A stretch of 64,000 bases of DNA, from assembly GCA_963664815.2 (NCBI GenBank), contig CAXXHB010000003.1, positions 3,104,001 through 3,168,000 of the forward strand. Direction: 5' to 3'. Numbering within the stretch: the stretch's first letter is position 1; each line of letters starts with the position of its first letter. This document shows positions 61,501 through 64,000 of this stretch, piece after piece. The notes beneath the pieces were generated by a model. The model had not been told where the DNA came from. It worked only from the letters and a program-made list of their open reading frames with translations, and searched no databases. A program made the position numbers and the translations under genes. The DNA is from Spirochaetota bacterium (GTDB lineage Bacteria; Spirochaetota; UBA4802; UBA5550).

Positions 61501-61902
61501 TTCACCTTTTATCTTTGAGTTGTCATTTACTGTATTGATTCTGTCAATCAGGGGACGCAGATTCTGGTGAGGTTCAACACCGGAAGAGACAAGATCGATC
61601 ACTTCATTTATAGTATCGAAGCACTTGAATACAACATCCACAACCTCGGGAGTAATTGCATTGGTTTTATCCCTGATTCCCTGCAGCAGATTCTCCATTC
61701 TGTGTGCAAGATCGCTTAAATCATTCAATCCTACAAACGCAGCCGAACTCTTCAGCGAATGAGCAGCCCTGAAAATGTTATTAATTATCTCTTCATCATC
61801 AGGATTCTTTTCCAGCTCTAAAAGATTCTTGTTAAGCTCCTGAAGCAATTCATCAGCTTCTTCTAAAAAAATATCCTGATATTCACCGAGGGAAAAGGAC
61901 AT
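58534..61902 (-). CDS. cheA: Chemotaxis kinase CheA with C-terminal CheC-like phosphatase domain
   Basis: Hpt FRAAHSLKS, P2, dimerisation, HATPase RNAVDHG and SGRGVGM, CheW domain, acidic linker, then CheC-like NMGAANAAESIS...SALKELTNIIG. Confidence 0.95.
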   Translation of the reverse strand: MSFSLGEYQDIFLEEADELLQELNKNLLELEKNPDDEEIINNIFRAAHSLKSSAAFVGLNDLSDLAHRMENLLQGIRDKTNAITPEVVDVVFKCFDTINEVIDLVSSGVEPHQNLRPLIDRINTVNDNSKIKGEAASAGKKEQGGKTGVVTSIKTAFSSSENNEIKKALSDGFDCYEITIVIEESAQMKWVKGQLIVANLEKDGHIVKTIPSLDDMSSDETISTIKIILLTSGNLQHIYRGCDIDQIEKIDIRSITAVKKDDKLLLKIGSTLQTNKQINETAETRDEKIISSVDAKTEDKTYTSDFLSEFTSDTDEPDEDIFERRKGEKHVDQERRKTPMLKTVKVSVDKLDLLLNNVGELVIANSGFYRLYEEIRKYAGNKAISSEFKNRMEQMSRIAKDLQTGIMKTRMVPVGQVFSRFNRLVRDLAKEHNKNLELIIKGEETELDKKVIDVIGEPLLHLIRNAVDHGIESPEERAKLGKSEMATITLNAYQGGNQIFVEISDDGRGLDLEAIKEKVIEKKISTAEILANMDDADIYNYIFIPGFSTAKKITDISGRGVGMNVVKETVNELNGNVSIETERSMGTRFVLTFPLTLAIIPAIMVKVRKEVYAIPLSDVIETIKISQSDIATIEGHEVINLRGEILSLLRLNEFVGLRSALSGSQKIPVVVVGYGNRKIGLIVDFLEGKMEIVIKSLEHNYTNVEGLAGASILGDGSICLILDIQTMINKVISRQDKLTQEERLNIMKSRMIDSDDLDEEEVEPETKTSGFFEEEDKVVFSDIGTPGKNRGVGGTSEMEGSPNYISDVFLFDDEISEGESKKVNETEKTEAAETEAVVIKEDAVKAVVSDSISSVPVSDGTEIKKNEDQIKQVEVPSADNNDVESKVKDALSEFRDELKQNISDVVRSGIPDSHITAELDISKDELNEFNLLSNMGAANAAESISKILNKRIDLSIPEVKLTPVEKIPDFFGNLNEPYMGVMLGIEGEINGTLLLLLEEKIGFELIDMLYGTDSSGVKELSEDGVSALKELTNIIGASILNIYAEKSNMVVKPNVPVFVHDYLQSVMDTVLIMHNIEHDYAIVMETAFYFENDQVMGNLMLLPETHSLKVLVKGFKSNVRAD

Positions 61903-61920
61903 AATAATCTACCCCAACAT

Positions 61921-62475
61921 TTATTGATTATCTGAAGAAAAGTAAGATTGATCTTTGTCTATCTCTTTTTCTTCAAGAAATATTATATGAGACATATTCA
62001 GCAACACAATAAGTCTGTCTTTAAGTCTTCCTATACCGGAAATAAACTCTTCAGAAACGCCTACCATAAGTTCTGACGGAGGGTCAACATTTACGACTGG
62101 AATTCTTACAACCTGGTAAACATTATCTACAAGCAAACCGACATGTTTACCACCTGTTTCAACTACAATTATCCTTGTCAGATCAGTAATCTTACCTTTG
62201 GGGAATCCGAATCGAATTCTAACATCAACTACAGGTATTACATTTCCCCTGAGATTAATAACTCCCTTTATAAAATTCGGAGTATTAGGTAGCCTCGTTA
62301 ATTCGGGATACCTGAGTATTTCATGAACAGCAAGAATATCAACACCATATTCTACTTCATCGAGCATAAAGCTGACAAGCTGTATCACTTCTCCATCTGC
62401 AACATCTTCCGTCACTGAATTGGCATTTGCCGCTTTTTCGCCTTTGGTTGACTGCAATAATTTATTAATATCCAT
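61921..62475 (-). CDS. cheW: Chemotaxis coupling protein CheW
   Basis: YGVDILAVHEI, GVINLRGNVIPVVD, GLLVD. Confidence 0.95.
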   Translation of the reverse strand: MDINKLLQSTKGEKAANANSVTEDVADGEVIQLVSFMLDEVEYGVDILAVHEILRYPELTRLPNTPNFIKGVINLRGNVIPVVDVRIRFGFPKGKITDLTRIIVVETGGKHVGLLVDNVYQVVRIPVVNVDPPSELMVGVSEEFISGIGRLKDRLIVLLNMSHIIFLEEKEIDKDQSYFSSDNQ

Positions 62476-62713
62476 TTAACTTACCTGCGAATCAAATCTA
62501 TTAAACTGCTTATCTGTAAAATCAAGTAATAAAATCATCTATAATAAGCCATATTAAATACATAATTAAATACATAATAATAATTCAATTAAAATAATTA
62601 CTATCAGTTACTTTTTATTAAAGATCAGGATGTCAAACATCGAGCCCAGGGAAATAAAAAACTCTATTTTAACAGATATATCCGTCAGATCCTCTTTAAA
62701 AAAAACAAAACAA

Positions 62714-63040
62714 TCAGGAATCAGACCTTAGCTCACCAGTACCAGGAAAAATATCACCTATCAACCCTTCCTCAAGAAGAGATATTATCTCCTTAGTCTT
62801 ATCTTCAATGGCTCCCTCAATTCCGTTACTGATTTTTTTAACCTGAAAATATTCATCAGCAATATTCAAAGAAGCAAGTATGGCAAGCTGAAGAGGATTC
62901 CCTCCGGGAACATTATTCCCTATCTCCTCAATTTTCTGATTTACATAATCGGCCAGCTGAATAATATACTCTGGAGAAGTATCTCCTTTTATATTGTATG
63001 TCTGCCCAAGAATGTTTACCTTTACTTTGCCTGTTTCCAT
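62714..63040 (-). CDS. zapA: Cell division protein ZapA
   Basis: VKVNILGQTYNI...LADYVNQKI...LAILASLNIADE. Confidence 0.9.
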   Translation of the reverse strand: METGKVKVNILGQTYNIKGDTSPEYIIQLADYVNQKIEEIGNNVPGGNPLQLAILASLNIADEYFQVKKISNGIEGAIEDKTKEIISLLEEGLIGDIFPGTGELRSDS

Positions 63041-63052
63041 GGTGCACCTGAA

Positions 63053-63790
63053 TTATTTTTCGTCATCTTCTATAATAATAATATCATCATCTTCGAATTC
63101 AGCTTTTTTTGAAGGTTTTTTTACATCATCATCAATAATAATATCGCTGCTGTCAACATCTTCAATGATAATTTCATCTTCATCATCAAGAAGAATTATT
63201 TCGTCATCATCCACTATTGATGTTTTTGCCTTTGTCTGTTTCTTCTCCAGAATTTCGTCTTCGTCATCAATTATTATTATATCATCATCCTCTTCAATGG
63301 CATGGCTCTCTGAAGGTTCAACAGACTCAACTTTTAATTCATCATCAATTGCATGAGCCGCCACCTTATCTTCAACTATAACAACATTTTCAGATTCAAC
63401 TATAAGATCTCTGTCATCCGGAGTAATGGATGGTGAGACTCCGGAAGGCTTCTCTGTTACGACTTCAGGTGATTTCGCTGATGTGGGCTGGACAGACACC
63501 CCACCCTGAAGAATATCGAGTTTGCCTAGAAGTCCTATTATTTTCTTTTCAAGTATCTCCTCTTTTTCTGTAAGCTCTTTGAGCTCAAGAGTTGTAGCAT
63601 CGAGTTCTTTTTTTATTTTTTCAATCTCCTGCTCTTTCTCCTCCAGTGTCAGCTTTACTTCTTCAACCTCTCCTTTCAGAGATTCATTCTCATTTTCAAG
63701 CTTGGAATTTTCAGTTCTTAAATCTCCAATAAGGTGTAACGCTTTTATTACCCGGCTTTCGAGTTCTTCAAGCTGCTGCATAGTAATCAT
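63053..63790 (-). CDS. ZapB-like coiled-coil protein with acidic low-complexity tail
   Basis: LEELESRVIKALHLIGDLRTENSKL coiled coil directly upstream of zapA; tail with repeated DDD(E/D)IIII motifs. Confidence 0.75.
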   Translation of the reverse strand: MITMQQLEELESRVIKALHLIGDLRTENSKLENENESLKGEVEEVKLTLEEKEQEIEKIKKELDATTLELKELTEKEEILEKKIIGLLGKLDILQGGVSVQPTSAKSPEVVTEKPSGVSPSITPDDRDLIVESENVVIVEDKVAAHAIDDELKVESVEPSESHAIEEDDDIIIIDDEDEILEKKQTKAKTSIVDDDEIILLDDEDEIIIEDVDSSDIIIDDDVKKPSKKAEFEDDDIIIIEDDEK

Positions 63791-64000
63791 ATATTACCTC
63801 CGGTTTTTTCCTTCAACAGACTAACACAAAACTTTTTTTATACAGTAATCGCTATATTATGTTATCGGAATAAATATTCAAACTCATTAATTCATAAGCA
63901 ATAATACTTTATGGCAGTCATAAAAACTCATTTTCAGTACAACAGTTATTCAGCGTTGTTGGGCTAAATACATCGCAACTGATCTTATAAAGAATTTACC

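Noticed and set aside
62553-62580. Direct repeat ATTAAATACATA x2 upstream of cheW
   Set aside because: Short, low-complexity and AT-rich; compatible with chance or slippage.
62476-62713. 6S RNA downstream of zapA (the usual location in many bacteria)
   Set aside because: Only a short CCCTGGGCTCGAT resemblance; no complementary 3' arm or long rod structure in this very AT-rich gap.
63950-64000. Possible 3' end of a minus-strand CDS at the window edge
   Set aside because: Only 16 codons are visible, too few to support a call.

Overview
AT-rich bacterial chromosomal window, most likely from an uncultured spirochaete related to the Leptospirales. This is inferred from the gene orders zapB-zapA-cheW-cheA-cheB-cheY-scpA-scpB-cmk-rpsA and rpmF-acpP-rnc. 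The left two-thirds holds six PAS/hybrid histidine kinases, an intact recC-recB-recD operon, TetR plus HEAT genes, a flavodoxin-like pair and several hypothetical genes. The right third is core housekeeping, cell wall and chemotaxis. I saw no rRNA, tRNA, CRISPR array, transposase or prophage. The top lead is at 30.8-34.5 kb. There a DUF2294/MpsC-family gene is followed by a promoter-like sequence and a highly structured, attenuator-like leader (AG/AG internal-loop hairpin plus a long terminator with alternative pairing). The leader precedes an atypical PEP-carboxykinase-like gene and mscS, which suggests a possible CO2/bicarbonate-linked RNA-level regulatory module. Other leads are a second structured leader at 0.3-0.43 kb, a CheA-CheC kinase/phosphatase fusion, a catalytically degenerate orphan ABC ATPase, a REC-less CheB coupled to an HExxH protein, an 8-PAS kinase built from tandem modules, three unannotated small ORFs (one zinc ribbon with a probable ATT start), an AphA/PadR-like operator and several long perfect palindromes. 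All family calls are by eye from motifs; no searches were run.
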